Source: Phallusia mammillata (taxonomy: Eukaryota). Taken from it: DNA of 64,000 nucleotides. Positions within the stretch are counted from its first letter, which is position 1; every line of letters begins with the position of its first letter. The DNA lies in contig OZ281496.1 in assembly GCA_965637545.1 (NCBI GenBank), positions 8,246,001 to 8,310,000 of the forward strand, in the 5' to 3' direction. Below the pieces are notes generated by a model. The model was given only the letters and a program-made list of their open reading frames with translations. It ran no database searches and had not been told where the DNA came from. The translations under genes and the position numbers were made by a program. This document shows positions 47,801 through 60,135 of the stretch, piece after piece.

Positions 47801-49891
47801 CATTACGATTGTGCGCGAACAATTGCATTTTTGATAGTTGTCATTCAATAAAGGCCATTGTTTAGCAATGGAGACAGTCGATTCTCAATTCTACTTTGAT
47901 TTAAACTTATTTAGTGGCACAAACTGAGGCCAAATAAGATTATAGAATTACTTCAACCGCTTGGCGGTCCCCCTAAAATTGCCTCACGGACCCCTAAAGG
48001 ACCGCGGACCCCAGTTTGGGAACCGCTGTTTTAATCCAATTGGGTCGCTATGCATTCTTTCATCCAGTAAAACAAACTAAACTCGACCATTTCACGGCAG
48101 TTACTAAATTTGACGCGACAATTTTCGATACAGTGAACGTTGGTTCAGTTGCAATCGAAACATTTTCTTTGTTTCATGCCGCAAAATGTATTTTTTGCCC
48201 TGCAATTGGCCTCATAGTAACGTTATTTTAACGGGGAAAGTATAAATTAGCACTTGTTGGTAACAACGTGTATCCCTTCGTTCATATAGCTTGAGGTAGT
48301 TTGTTTTCGTTTTGAAAGTGTTCAATATATTATTACTCTATTGTTAGGAGCTAACTACACAACAAACTCACCTTATGGTCAAATCTTTTTCGCTGCATTT
48401 CACTGCTTGCTGCATGTCTAAAAAAATCCACAATAATCAATAATCATTCTCTAACTTACAACAAGCAGTTAAACCAAAACAATTAAAATTTAGCTGATTG
48501 TTTTCCGTTCCGACCAGTTTGGCTGCATTTGGTTACTTTAACCTTGCAACACAGCCTCTTTAAGTGAGTGGTTTTCAACCTGTGGGACGTAACCCATTGG
48601 GGGCGTTAGCCATTTTAACTGGGAGTCGTGAAGGCCGATAAATGGTATCAAACATTAGTATTCATAAAATCCAACCGTTTGATTTACACTTGCCATGTAG
48701 TGAACTATGACTATAAAAAACAAATGCCTTATCACGTTGCTATTACGAAGAAATGTTAATGCAAGTGACCCCGGCGCGTGTAAGTGTCGGGCATGCGTTT
48801 TGGGTCGGGTTCGGTTTCAGCATTATACTTTTGGGTTCGGGCCGGGTTCAAACTCGAGTTTGTGCTCACTGACCCACACACTGATGGCAAACTTGATCTC
48901 AGAAGCGGCATGAGATCAAAACCCGCGATAAAAAGAAAAAAATTCACTCACCTTGTAGATTTTACTGTCGCATTAAATTTAAAACAAACAGTTTTTTACA
49001 TACTTTCTTCTAGGACCACAGTTGCATTAAACCCCATTCCGCCAACATTTCTGTCACTGAGAAACATAACAGTGAGACTTGTTGCGTTAACTCGGTGTTC
49101 AAATTCTTGAAGTAATCCACTAAGTACCTCCACACGATTATTGTCGATCTTGAACTGAATAAAAAGTTGTAAATTATCAATTAATGTAAAACTATCAGAA
49201 AGCTTGGTCGGTTTTCTGTCCGAATGGGCTACATTTCGTTATCAAGTTGCAGTGTAATTTAATAACAGTGGTTTAGATGATGTCTTTCGAGTTTTAGGTC
49301 AACTAGATTTGGGTTAGATTTCACAATGTTTTGGCGGTTTCCAAGCACTAATTGGCGACCCCACCCCCAATGAATAGAGTGTCAAAAACAATGACTTTTT
49401 TATTTAAAAGCAATAGGTAAAGGAACCGCTCTCATTATTTGAACTGGAACGTAATGATAGACTTACGAATAACATATCATAGGTGTCTTCCGTGTCGAAT
49501 GCTGAGAATTGGAACAACAATGACTTTCTGGTATCGAGTTGAAAATTCCATGTGCACACTTGATTAGTTGGGTAGTCGCTCGGAAAGTTTGGAGACATGA
49601 AATTAAACACTGGTACAGTTGCATCTTCCCCACACAAATTTGCTGAAATGTAACAGAACGAACGCAATGAAAGCTGCTTGATTCGGACCTGACTTTTCGC
49701 TCGTTTCGCAACTTTAAGGTAAATCTATATATTTTCTTACCTTGAAGAATTCTGAAATTCACCCTTTCTGTTGTATAGTTTGTTACACATTGAATGAAGG
49801 CTCTAGGGCCGGTCAAGACCACAGGAAAAGACGGGCCTCCTCCCTGCAAAATCCCCACGAAATTGCCTGTGTTGTCAGTTCCCTCGTAAAC
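44833..49891 (-). CDS. CUB-CUB-ZP transmembrane protein (CUZD1-like architecture); 5' end unresolved
   Basis: Phase-consistent exons 49741-49891, 49467-49642, 49004-49154 (CUB: CG...SPNFPSDYP.NQVCTW...F.SD...GF.A), 48372-48417, 47128-47293, 46805-46962 (ZP-N), 46245-46416, 45989-46059, 45697-45886 (ZP-C: LEECWAT, IYIHCDVTVC), 45377-45485 (basic GRRS after the ZP) and 44833-44987 (TM LGMFVLLAAVVMVAGYLVW, stop). Confidence 0.88.
47607..48028. mobile_element. hAT-type MITE in an intron of the CUB-ZP gene
   Basis: TIR CAGTGGTTCCCAAAC / GTTTGGGAACCGCTG and perfect 8-bp TSD TTTTAATC (47599-47606, 48029-48036). It sits inside an older repeat whose 5' part also occurs near 15250-15350. Confidence 0.88.
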
Positions 49892-52800
49892 CTAGATAAT
49901 GAAAAAGAGATTTCGGTTTCAGATTGGATTTATATATGATTCTCGGAGTCTCGGGGTGTCGTGGAGCCGCTTGGCATCGGGTTGTCGGAGTCTCGGGGTC
50001 TCCGAAGTAATAGTAAAGTGTTATAAAACGATAGTTGAAAGCAAACATGTTGTGGCGATATGAAGTCACTCAAACCCAGCATTGTAAACTAAAATAAGAT
50101 TCTTATCAACCCCAGTAAGTGCGAACGTAGGCGATTGTGCAGTTTTGAAGGGAAATTTACCTTACAGAAGTTATCTGCTGCCAGCTCGGCTGCTCGTGTA
50201 TAGGCGACCATTTTGGCGGAACCCAGAGTTGAATTGAATTGAAGGTTGAAACTGTCACATGATGTTTCAATGTAGCCCACATACTCATGGTATGTCGACA
50301 TAGCATTGCACTGAGCATCCGAAACTAAAATGTATTTGCAATGTCAGAAGAAATATGAAGTTTGTCACAACCAAGCATTTCATCAAACTCGTATATGTGA
50401 ATTAAACAAATAGGTTTTCAAAGTATTAGCCTGCATAGAGTTTGACTGGCTTAGTATGGACATTCGTCAAAGCTTCGGATAATTTGCCGAATCAACCGAA
50501 TTAAATTTGACGTCACCCTGCGATTCTGACGAAATTACATGAGTTTTGCTGAAAAGTACCGTATTTACTCGATTGTTAGCCGCACAAACACGGAGGGTAA
50601 AACACCTTATTAGGTCAATACGAAGTTTTTATAAAATGCCTAAGCGAAAACTTTATTCCAGTACTATTTTGTTTAGATTCTGCTTGCGAAAAGTTTAATC
50701 GGACTATTGTACTCATTGACAAAAATGGGTATTATTAGCCCAAGTTTTAAAGCAAGAAGTGCTATTACAATGTAGCGACTCAATTGCATCCAATTAACTT
50801 ACCTCCGTGTAATAAACTTAGACTGGATAGAACAGGGCAATTTTGACAAGTCGACTTGCCATTTTTAACGGTTTTATCAAAAAAAACTGTTATATAAATA
50901 TAAAAGTTATAGCTACAAACATATGACCAGCGTTAATTGCAAACTAACAAATTTAAATGAGTATCAAACGATTCCCCCAGTCGTGTTTACCCACAATGGA
51001 CCGACTTCCCTTTCCATAACGTTTGACCGTTACGCATCTATTTCCAGGTTGGTGACTATTCGGTGCGATTGTGTCGCTTTGTTTTGCTTGACCAAGCGAA
51101 ATAAACTCAATGGTTTCACCCACGAGTTTTTACCTGATTGCACGGTTCGTGGCCTAAAGTTTTACGAAGTACACTTTTCAGTTGTTGCAGTCTTTCGTTT
51201 GTTTTTTGTAAAATATCTTATCTTAAGTAAGGTATTTTATGTGTATTGTATAACCACGGGGATTTTTATGCTTTATGGTGAAAGTAACGGCCCAAATAGA
51301 CGTAAAAAGCGACATGCTTATATATTTCAAACGTTTCGGCAAATGCTCATGCCATCATCATTTTTATGTTTTTTGTAGATAGTGGTGATGTTATATATAC
51401 GCACACATATGCATATATAACTTACAATCTTAACGACAAATAATTTTTTTTCATGTAAGTTGCTTAAATCTAAACGATAAGAACTACACTTAAAACAAGA
51501 ATAACTTTTGATAAAACAACATTTTGAAACCACTTACTTTTGTGTAGCAAACTCATCGAGAGGACAAAAAGAGCAAACTTTAGGAGTCGAAGTGACATTT
51601 TTTACCGTTTTTTTTTTTTCAAATGATTAACTGTACTAACTAATCAACTGCCAAAATATGATCAGAATATAATACAAATTATACCAATTTCACACCCAAC
51701 ACTTTCATTTATGTTGCGCAAATGCAAATGTTTTTAAATACATCACTAAAATACTAATTGTACAGTACAAAAGCTCGTATCCAACCTTCTTACAACTAAA
51801 TACATTTGTTTTCGGCAGAGCTGATATTATAAAGCTACCTCTATGCTAAAACCTTGTGCCAAGCGGGTTTCCTCATCTGCGTTATAACATACAGTGGCCT
51901 ATTTAAGACTTACAGCCGTAAACAGCGCGAGCCCCGTAACACAACGCAGGTGATTCAAACCGGATCAATACAGTCGCGTCGCTTCCCCCGTACCGATGCC
52001 GCTACATCCAACTGTGTTAAACGAGTGCTATGTACCCTACACGAGTCTACAGCGTTCTTTTCGATACACCGCGCTGGAACAAAACGTAGATAATGTACAT
52101 TTACTGAAAATCGCTCACGAACTACCAACAATACCAATGGTGCTTCTGAACTAGCGTTTACAACAGCTTGAAACCCATTTAACAATTAGTTTGCCAGATA
52201 GTATTTTGCAACTGTTGTTTGCATAAGGATGAAAAATTAGATAACTAGAAAATAGTAACATTAACATCAAAAAATGTAAAATATGGGGAAAAATTTACAC
52301 AACAAACAGAAAGAGCCCAACAAACATATATTTTCCTCTCAGTGGACCGATTACATGAAAAAAGAGCAAGTAATTTTCTAGGAGAATAAGAATTACTAGT
52401 AGAGAAAAGCTATTTAGTTAAATGAAGTTAATATACGACATTAAGCTAAATACTAGCGTTCTTTGTATCAAGGACTTCCTATCCAATCAAATTGTTTGAT
52501 TGAGTGCATTAGAGGCCTCGATGTAGCAGATTACGTGGTACGTGCTTTTGTTACTGTCCGTTTTTCAAACATTTTCTGTCACACATTGCGTGGCACCTTT
52601 TGGTCGGTGGCTTACTCAAAATTTGCTTGACCCTCTAAGATGCTTGCTAAATAAGCACGAGGTATTTAACCAATACAGTAACCAACCAAATCTAATTTTC
52701 AAACCGAACCCCTTTGATGCGGTGCAAAGCGCTGTGATTCTGCTGCTTGAAGAAAAATGTTTACCTGAAGCAGTGGTTCCCTACCTGTGGTATATCGTAG

Positions 52801-53398
52801 ATTTTGGTTTTCAATTTCCATAATTAAATATATACAGTAGCACTATAAATCAGGTATTCTGTCCCTTACTATTTTCAGCCCCATTCAGTAACACAATGCC
52901 CTAAAAGAGCGACCGCTAGGTTGAGCAGCAGAGTGAACGTTGTACAGAATCTTTCCAAAAACACTTGTGGGACAAATTTTTACTGGAATTGCTAGCTTGC
53001 TTGTTTCAGAAATATTCGAGTCTGCACGAAAAAAATAGGTCTATGTCTCGGTCTTAGCATTCAAACAAGGTTCCGGTGGTATGCAGGGATAGAGAATTTC
53101 GTCAGATGGTACGCGATTAGTAAATGGTTGAGAACGTTTGTACTTGTGGAATCAATATGCTCTAGTTGCAAAAAATACAACGAGACTGGATGTGGTTTAA
53201 AGAGAAAAAATAAAGCAAAGTAGTTTTTCATGCTACGCGTACAAAATCAACTAATTTCCTCCAGTTAGTTGGTCATGGTAATTAACGCAAATAAAAGGCT
53301 GGATGTAGAGACCACAAGATGTCGTCTTGTGTTTTGAATGGGTTGCAAATTACACGCGTGGTTTGAAACCTCCTGCTGGTCATTAAATCCTTAGCCAG

Positions 53399-54111
53399 TG
53401 TTACATCTCCACGTTCAGTTACGCATGATTAACTTGTCTCATTATTCCACTGCTATGACGTTACAATCGCCATGTGCGTAACAGTAAAATTAGAAGGCTA
53501 TTGTCTGTATGTTGCAATGATTAGTTCATTTACTGTACAACGTGGTCGAGTAAGGTGATTTATTACTGCATTAAGTAAATTCGTTTGTGTTGCATTTTTA
53601 GAGACGAATAAGGCTAAATTAAATATTGTGACGACTGACTAATTAATCTTCAAGTGAAGGCTGTTTACCGTGATTGTCGGTGAGTGTTTAATTCGATTTG
53701 TGACCTAAATTAATTCATGGCTTTATGTGTGACTTACGGCATGCTGTATTTTCCTATAGTGATTGCAGCGATTGTTTCATCGTCTTGCAACTGTTGATAC
53801 GTGTACTGTACCTGTTGACCTGTGTCGCAAAATAGTTGGTAAGTTAGTCATTGGCATTTTGTGCGTTGGCATATGTCAATGTGTTTCGTTTTCTTGTTTA
53901 GAAAACCGTTCCCGTTCCCGTTTCGTTCTCAACCCTGTTTCTGTCCGTTCCTGATTGTGTACGACGTTGTGGTTGTTGCCGCTGTTGTCGCTGTGGATTA
54001 TTACACGTGATTCGGGAAGTGTGGTTTGTGTGGGAAAGGGCGGGGCGTGTTTCAACGTGACAAACCCCTTTGTGAGGCTCAGCCTTGCAGGTCGGCCGTT
54101 CAGAGTCTACA
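53399..54111 (+). repeat. 5' LTR of the BEL element
   Basis: TGTTACATC...GTCTACA. Same length as the 3' LTR, with no differences seen by eye. Confidence 0.95.
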
Positions 54112-54114
54112 TAA

Positions 54115-54262
54115 AGAAGTTTTCAACTACTGCTCGTTGAAAAAGAAGTTTTCAACTACTGCTCGTTGAAAAAGAAGTTTTCAACTACTGCTCGTTGAAA
54201 AAGAAGTTTTCAACTGTTGCTCGTTGAAAAGGAAGTTTCAACTGTCGCTGATTGAGAGAAGC
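54115..54262 (+). repeat. 29-bp tandem array in the BEL leader, each unit with an 8-bp inverted repeat
   Basis: AGAAG-TTTTCAAC-TACTGCTC-GTTGAAAA three times, then one near-perfect and one degenerate unit. Period is 29 (54115, 54144, 54173, 54202). Confidence 0.92.
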
Positions 54263-54307
54263 TTTCTACTCTTCCTTATTGGAAAGAAGCTGTTGCTTGG
54301 TTAAAAA

Positions 54308-57300
54308 ATGAATTCCGACACGATTGAAGAAGATAAGGGTGAACAGCTCATCAAATTGCAACGTTTATTGCAAGAATCCTACACCCAAACGGAACGTTTA
54401 ATGGTCAGTCCCAATAACTTAGTTTCTGTACATTCATCGGTGCGAATTATAAATGAAAGGTACCGACTTCTTGTGGAGCATATTACTTCAAATTCACCTG
54501 AAAATGAAGACCTTGTCAAGGATTTGTTAAAGCGATACGCTGAGGAGAAGACGGAGTTTGATAGCAGGGTTGCTGAATGGATCGAAAAGGCCCAGCCTGC
54601 TACGTCCCCACCGCCACAAGTTGGTTCAAAAAAGTCGGTTAAAAGTTGCACTTCTAGTTGCCCTACTTCAGCAAGTACGAGTTCCAGTGTTCGTAGAACT
54701 GAAGCACGAATTAAGCTTGAGATGGCTCGCGCAAAGCTTCGTCAGGCCAAGGAAAGACAGGACGAGGAGAACGAGCGACGAAAGAAGCTGCTTGATGACG
54801 AACGCAAGTTGCGTGATGAAGAACAGAAGTTGCGTGAGTCAGAGCGCCGATTGACAGTCGACGCAGAAATTCGCGAGGTACAACGTCAAGCCGAACTAGC
54901 CGAAATCGAAGCTCGCGGATGGGAAGGTAAATTCGAAGCGGAATTCGTTTATCCGCCAACCGTAGAGAGGCCTTTTGTGCAAACGGTCACCGAATGTCCA
55001 AAACCTGTACCGCGTTGTGATAGGCAGGAGCTGCCTAAAGTAAGTCATCAGCATCCTATCTATGCTACTCCGCAATACGATTGTCAAAATAGGAATAATC
55101 CCACAGTAGCGCAGGAACCTCGTTACAGCTCAGATGAGCGTTTTCTACCGCGTCCGAAGATAATGTCATTTAACGGCGATCCAATGGAATACTGGACGTT
55201 CATTCGCAACTTTGAAGCGCACGTTGCCACTAAAGTTCACTCTGACGATTTGCGGTTGGTTTATCTGCTGCAACATTGTGATGACAAAGTGCGACCTAAA
55301 ATTGATCACTTGACGAAAAGGCCAGTCGAGGGTTACCGACAGGCACGTCAAAAGCTATTTCATGAGTACGGACAGCCGCACATTATCGCAAATGCCTGTG
55401 AGCAGCATTTGAAGAAGAGTCCTCGCTTGAAAGGAGATCAACCGGAACGACTAATGCAGTTTGCAGATCTGCTGGAAAAATGTCTCACTACACTGGAGGA
55501 TATCGATGAATATGCCGGTCTTAATTCACTTGACACCATGCTGCAGCTCATTGACAAGTTGCCCTATCGCTTGCAGGAAAAATGGATAGAGCGATCAGTC
55601 GAAGTTCTACATCGCACTAATCGTGAAGCCGGGTTTAGCCACTTTGTTCAGTTTGTTTCGGAGCGTGCTGAGGTGGAAAATTCCCTCTACGGGAGTAGGA
55701 TTATGGGTTCTAGGCGCGACAAGGATCCTGGTCCACCGATGAGAAAGCCAAGACCGTCTGCGTACGTTGTGAACCCAGTAGAAGTTCGACAGCATCCGAC
55801 AGAGAGGCCGACTACTTCCGCTACGTGTCTGTTCTGTGGTAAGGCTCACGATTTGTCCAGGTGCTTTGAGTTTAAACGTAAAACGTACTCCGAACGTGTG
55901 GAATTTGTCAGTCGTAAGAGATTGTGCTTCAGATGCCTTACTTCAGGTCACCGTGTTAGACGATGTAAAGCGAGAACTGCCTGCGAAGAAAACGACTGTT
56001 CGAGTCACTATCACCACACATTGCTGCATAGGCCTGCTCCAGCCGCAAAGCCAAAGTCACCAGCGACACCGGTTGAACCACAAAAGGTCGCTTCATGTTC
56101 AGTAGCAACGCCCGGCGAATGCGGTTACGACGACGTGTATCAGTGTGTCGTACCGGTTGAGGTAAAATACGAAGGCCGGAAGGTTTTAACTTACGCATTT
56201 TTGGATATCGGCTCTACCGGAACCTTCTGTAACCAAAGGTTGATTAAAGCCCTGGGCATGAAAGGTGAAACTAAGGAGATTGTTTTGCAAACACTGACAG
56301 ATGAAGCCAAAGAGCATACGGCTGTTTCAGTGAGTTTCTCTGTTTCTCCAGTAGGTGGCGGAGATGATATATTTCTCCCTAAAGTAATAACCGTTGGTGA
56401 AATCCCCGTTCGTCCTAATCCGATTCTTAGCAAAGAAGCATTAAGGGGTGCCCCACATTTACGTGACTTGGATTTTCCCTTAATCGAGAAAGGAACTGTA
56501 ACATTGCTGATTGGTCTGGATAATCCAGACGCCTTGTTCATTGAGGAGATGCGTCGTGGTCCAAAAGGGAAACCGTTTGCTGTCAAGACACCTTTTGGAT
56601 GGACATTATTTGGCCCTTCACTCCTTCCGTGTGCATCATCGAGGTATCAGGTAAACTTCGTGAAGTCTAGAGGCAGCTCTTTACAGAAGCAAATCTCTAG
56701 TCTGTGGGAGACAGATTTTGGGAACGAAACTGCTGTTCTAGATTTCCCCACGTCGCGCGAAGACAGAAAGACGTATGGTATCATGCAAAAGAACGTGAAA
56801 ATGGTGGAAGGTCACTATGAGCTGCCGTTGCCGTGGAGAGAAAGCTCAGCTTGTTTGCCAGATAACAAGCCAATGGCCGAAAGACGGCTGACGTACTTGA
56901 AGCGACGCCTGGAGAAGGATCACTCACTGAAGGAAAAGTACGTGAGCACAATGCAGTCCTACCTCGAGAAAGGGTACGCAAGAGAGATACCTCGAGAAGA
57001 AATCGAATCGGTTGATGGTGTTTGCTGGTATTTACCACACCATCCTGTACTTCATCCCCGTAAGCCAGACAAGGTTCGTGTAGTTTTTGATTGCGCTGCA
57101 AAGCACAAGGGCGTTTCCCTCAATGATGTGCTGATGCAGGGCCCGGATCTCGTAAACAGTTTGGTGGGTGTTTTGACTCGATTTCGCAAAGAGCGGTACG
57201 CTTTGGTGGCCGATATAGAATCGATGTTCCACCAGATTCGTGTTACCCTTAAGGACAGGGACGCCTTGCGATTTCTGTGGTGGCCAGGAGGGGATTTGAC

Positions 57301-60043
57301 AAATCAACCAACAGCGCATCAAATGACTGTGCACCTGTTCGGGGCGACTTCATCCCCTAGTTGCGCGAGTTTTTGCTTGAAGCAAACAGCCTTGGATTTT
57401 GGTCAAGATTTCAATGCACAAGCGTCTTCGGTCGTCAGAAGAAATTTTTACGTGGACGACTGCCTGACTTCGGTTGCATCTACAGTGGAGGGAATTCAAA
57501 TGACCAAAGAGATTTCAGATTTGTTGTCACGTGGAGGATTCCACTTGACAAAATGGCTCAGTAATAACCAGAAGATTCTGTCAAAAATTCCTGAAGAAGA
57601 GAGGTCAAAGGCAGTGCGAAACAAAAGCTTGAGTGATGACGTCACAGAGAGAGTGCTTGGTGTCCACTGGAACGTGCACGAAGATACGTTTGGATTTAAG
57701 GTCAACCTTCCTGAAACGGCGAAGACTCGAAGAGGACTTCTTTCTGCATTGAGTTCACTGTACGACCCTCTTGGATTCGTTGCACCGTGCACGCTTGGAG
57801 CCAAATTATTACTCCAAGGTTTGTGCAAACGTGGAGTTGGCTGGGACGACTGCATTTTGGAATCGGAAGCAACACAATGGAGCGAATGGCTTGGGCGTTT
57901 ACCGAAGCTTCATGACCTGTGTCTTCCTCGTTGTTTTAAGCCCGATGATTTCGGCGATGTGCAAAGTTGGGAGTTACACCACTTTGCAGATGCTTCCTCC
58001 GTGGCCTACGGAGCTGTGTGTTATCTGAGGATAGTCGACGTCGGTTCGCGTGTTCACTGCGTGTTTCTTGTTGGCAAGTGTCGACTAGCGCCGCTGAAAA
58101 CAGTGTCAATTCCAAGACTGGAACTGACGGCGGCAGTTCTATCCGTGAAGCTAGATGAAATGATGCGACGAGAGCTTGGCTTGCCAGTGCATCGGTCTGT
58201 GTTCTGGACAGACTCCACTGCCGTCCTACAGAGCATCAGGAATTCGAAGAAGAGATTCCCTACGTTCGTTGCTAATCGAATTGCAAAGATTGAAAGGCAA
58301 AGCGATCCTTTAAGCTGGAGACATGTTCCTTCAAAGCTCAATCCGGCAGACGAGGCGTCACGTGGATTGACGTCAGAAGCGTTAGTGACGTCTGGCCGCT
58401 GGTTGCGCGGTCCGCAGTTTTTGTTGGAATCTGAGGATCACTGGCCTGTGAGTCCGATTGTTTTACCCGACTTGCCTGCTGAGTTCAGTCCCGTAAAAAA
58501 GCAGGAAGTCTCCATACATATGGTCGTAGAGAGGCAGTCCATAGTTGAGAGGATCATCCATCGGTACTCTTCGTTGCATCGTTTGAAAAAGAGTATCGCC
58601 TGGCTGCTTCGATATAAGAAGTTTTTACTGTCGCGTGTTCGCGGTAACAAGGCTGTGGTGGAGAATCGTGGATCATTATCTGTTGAAGAATTAAATGCTG
58701 CCGAACTGGAGTTGATTAAATATGTGCAGCGAAAGCATTTCAGCCCTGAGCTTGCTGCGTTGGAGAAGGGATCTCTTTCCAAGACCTCTGTGAAACGTCA
58801 CATGTTCAAACTAAATCCAATGGTTGTTAACTCCGTGCTTCGAGTTGGTGGTCGACTAGAAAAGGCTTTCATTCCGTACGATGCCAAACATCCGATTCTT
58901 CTACCACATTCGTGTCATTTTACTGACTTGGTTATCGAGAGACATCATCGTCTTGTCGGACATTCTGGGATGGGCCACACTTGGTCGTCGCTGCGCCAAA
59001 GGTTTTGGATACTTAAAGGTGGAGTAGCCGTACGCCGAGTGATTGGGAATTGCCTGTTCTGCAAGAGAAGAAATGCTTCCGCTGGAGTACAGAGGATGGC
59101 AGACCTTCCTTCAGCAAGACTGCATCCGGACGAGCCCCCGTTTTCACACGTAGGGGTGGATTATTTCGGTCCCTTTCCAGTTAAGCAGGGACGGAGCATC
59201 GTGAAACGGTACGGGGCAGTGTTTACCTGCCTATCAATTCGAGCTGTCCATATCGAAGTTGCCCACAGCCTATCTACAGACTCGTTCATCGACGCGCTTC
59301 GTCGCTTCATTGGTCGGCGTGGGAATCCTGTAAATATATATTCCGACAATGGGACGAACTTTGTCGGTGCAGAACGGATACTGAGAGAATCACTGCAGTC
59401 TTGGAACCAAGTTCACATTGAGGAGTACCTGAAACAAAGCGGAATTCGTTGGTCGTTCAATCCCCCGACAGCCAGTCATATGGGAGGTGCGTGGGAACGA
59501 ATGGTGCGCTCCATCCGGCGAATTCTGACGTCTCTGATGACACAGCAAGTTGTTTCCGACGAAACATTGTCAACGCTTTTTGTTGAGGTTGAGTCAATAC
59601 TCAACTCGCGTCCTCTTGTTCCTGTCACCTTTGATCCCCGAGATGATGAACCGATCACACCCAATCATCTCCTGCTCATGAGATGCAACTCGAATTTGCC
59701 TCCTGGCTTGTTCGACAAAAAGGACTGTTACGTGCGGCGCCGTTGGGCGCAAGTGCAGTACTTGGCGAATCAATTTTGGATCCGCTGGGTTCGCGAATAT
59801 CTACCGAACATCATTTCCAGGCAGAAGTGGTTCCAGAAGAGGAGAGATCTCCAGATCAACGATGTGGTTCTCGTCGTGGATGATTCACAGCCACGCTCCA
59901 AGTGGTTGATGGGTCGCGTTGCGGATACATTTCCCGATAAAACGGGAACTGTACGCTCGGTGCTTGTGCAAACGCGATACAATCGTGTCAAACGACCGAT
60001 TGCAAAACTTTGCTTGATTGTCGCCGCTGAAAGTGATGCTTAG
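54308..60043 (+). CDS. BEL/Pao Gag-Pol polyprotein, 1911 aa, intact
   Basis: Gag with three Cys/His knuckles (CLFCGKAHDLSRC, CFRCLTSGHRVRRC, CEENDCSSHYHHTLLH), protease FLDIGS, RT YVDD, RNase H (HFADAS, FWTDS), integrase HH/CC plus GVDYFGP, SDNGTNF, GAWERMVR. The PR-RT-RH-IN order and motifs are typical of BEL/Pao. Confidence 0.95.
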   Translation: MNSDTIEEDKGEQLIKLQRLLQESYTQTERLMVSPNNLVSVHSSVRIINERYRLLVEHITSNSPENEDLVKDLLKRYAEEKTEFDSRVAEWIEKAQPATSPPPQVGSKKSVKSCTSSCPTSASTSSSVRRTEARIKLEMARAKLRQAKERQDEENERRKKLLDDERKLRDEEQKLRESERRLTVDAEIREVQRQAELAEIEARGWEGKFEAEFVYPPTVERPFVQTVTECPKPVPRCDRQELPKVSHQHPIYATPQYDCQNRNNPTVAQEPRYSSDERFLPRPKIMSFNGDPMEYWTFIRNFEAHVATKVHSDDLRLVYLLQHCDDKVRPKIDHLTKRPVEGYRQARQKLFHEYGQPHIIANACEQHLKKSPRLKGDQPERLMQFADLLEKCLTTLEDIDEYAGLNSLDTMLQLIDKLPYRLQEKWIERSVEVLHRTNREAGFSHFVQFVSERAEVENSLYGSRIMGSRRDKDPGPPMRKPRPSAYVVNPVEVRQHPTERPTTSATCLFCGKAHDLSRCFEFKRKTYSERVEFVSRKRLCFRCLTSGHRVRRCKARTACEENDCSSHYHHTLLHRPAPAAKPKSPATPVEPQKVASCSVATPGECGYDDVYQCVVPVEVKYEGRKVLTYAFLDIGSTGTFCNQRLIKALGMKGETKEIVLQTLTDEAKEHTAVSVSFSVSPVGGGDDIFLPKVITVGEIPVRPNPILSKEALRGAPHLRDLDFPLIEKGTVTLLIGLDNPDALFIEEMRRGPKGKPFAVKTPFGWTLFGPSLLPCASSRYQVNFVKSRGSSLQKQISSLWETDFGNETAVLDFPTSREDRKTYGIMQKNVKMVEGHYELPLPWRESSACLPDNKPMAERRLTYLKRRLEKDHSLKEKYVSTMQSYLEKGYAREIPREEIESVDGVCWYLPHHPVLHPRKPDKVRVVFDCAAKHKGVSLNDVLMQGPDLVNSLVGVLTRFRKERYALVADIESMFHQIRVTLKDRDALRFLWWPGGDLTNQPTAHQMTVHLFGATSSPSCASFCLKQTALDFGQDFNAQASSVVRRNFYVDDCLTSVASTVEGIQMTKEISDLLSRGGFHLTKWLSNNQKILSKIPEEERSKAVRNKSLSDDVTERVLGVHWNVHEDTFGFKVNLPETAKTRRGLLSALSSLYDPLGFVAPCTLGAKLLLQGLCKRGVGWDDCILESEATQWSEWLGRLPKLHDLCLPRCFKPDDFGDVQSWELHHFADASSVAYGAVCYLRIVDVGSRVHCVFLVGKCRLAPLKTVSIPRLELTAAVLSVKLDEMMRRELGLPVHRSVFWTDSTAVLQSIRNSKKRFPTFVANRIAKIERQSDPLSWRHVPSKLNPADEASRGLTSEALVTSGRWLRGPQFLLESEDHWPVSPIVLPDLPAEFSPVKKQEVSIHMVVERQSIVERIIHRYSSLHRLKKSIAWLLRYKKFLLSRVRGNKAVVENRGSLSVEELNAAELELIKYVQRKHFSPELAALEKGSLSKTSVKRHMFKLNPMVVNSVLRVGGRLEKAFIPYDAKHPILLPHSCHFTDLVIERHHRLVGHSGMGHTWSSLRQRFWILKGGVAVRRVIGNCLFCKRRNASAGVQRMADLPSARLHPDEPPFSHVGVDYFGPFPVKQGRSIVKRYGAVFTCLSIRAVHIEVAHSLSTDSFIDALRRFIGRRGNPVNIYSDNGTNFVGAERILRESLQSWNQVHIEEYLKQSGIRWSFNPPTASHMGGAWERMVRSIRRILTSLMTQQVVSDETLSTLFVEVESILNSRPLVPVTFDPRDDEPITPNHLLLMRCNSNLPPGLFDKKDCYVRRRWAQVQYLANQFWIRWVREYLPNIISRQKWFQKRRDLQINDVVLVVDDSQPRSKWLMGRVADTFPDKTGTVRSVLVQTRYNRVKRPIAKLCLIVAAESDA

Positions 60044-60135
60044 TGTGCTGTTTTGTTTATTGAATTTCGTTGAACGTTCGATGTTTGTTTGTGTGTGAAA
60101 TGTATTTACCCGGCTCATACATTTAGGTGGGGGTA

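Noticed and set aside
54115-54262. CRISPR-like 29-bp palindromic repeats
   Set aside because: Units are head-to-tail with no unique spacers, there are no cas genes, and the array lies in the leader of a eukaryotic LTR retrotransposon.
54379-60118. Many short antisense and alternative-frame ORFs over the BEL element, and likewise over the LINE at 35211-36700
   Set aside because: Shadow ORFs of long GC-richer coding regions, with no independent motifs.
60044-60135. Envelope-like gene in the BEL element
   Set aside because: Only about 90 bp separate the pol stop from the 3' LTR, leaving no room for an env ORF.
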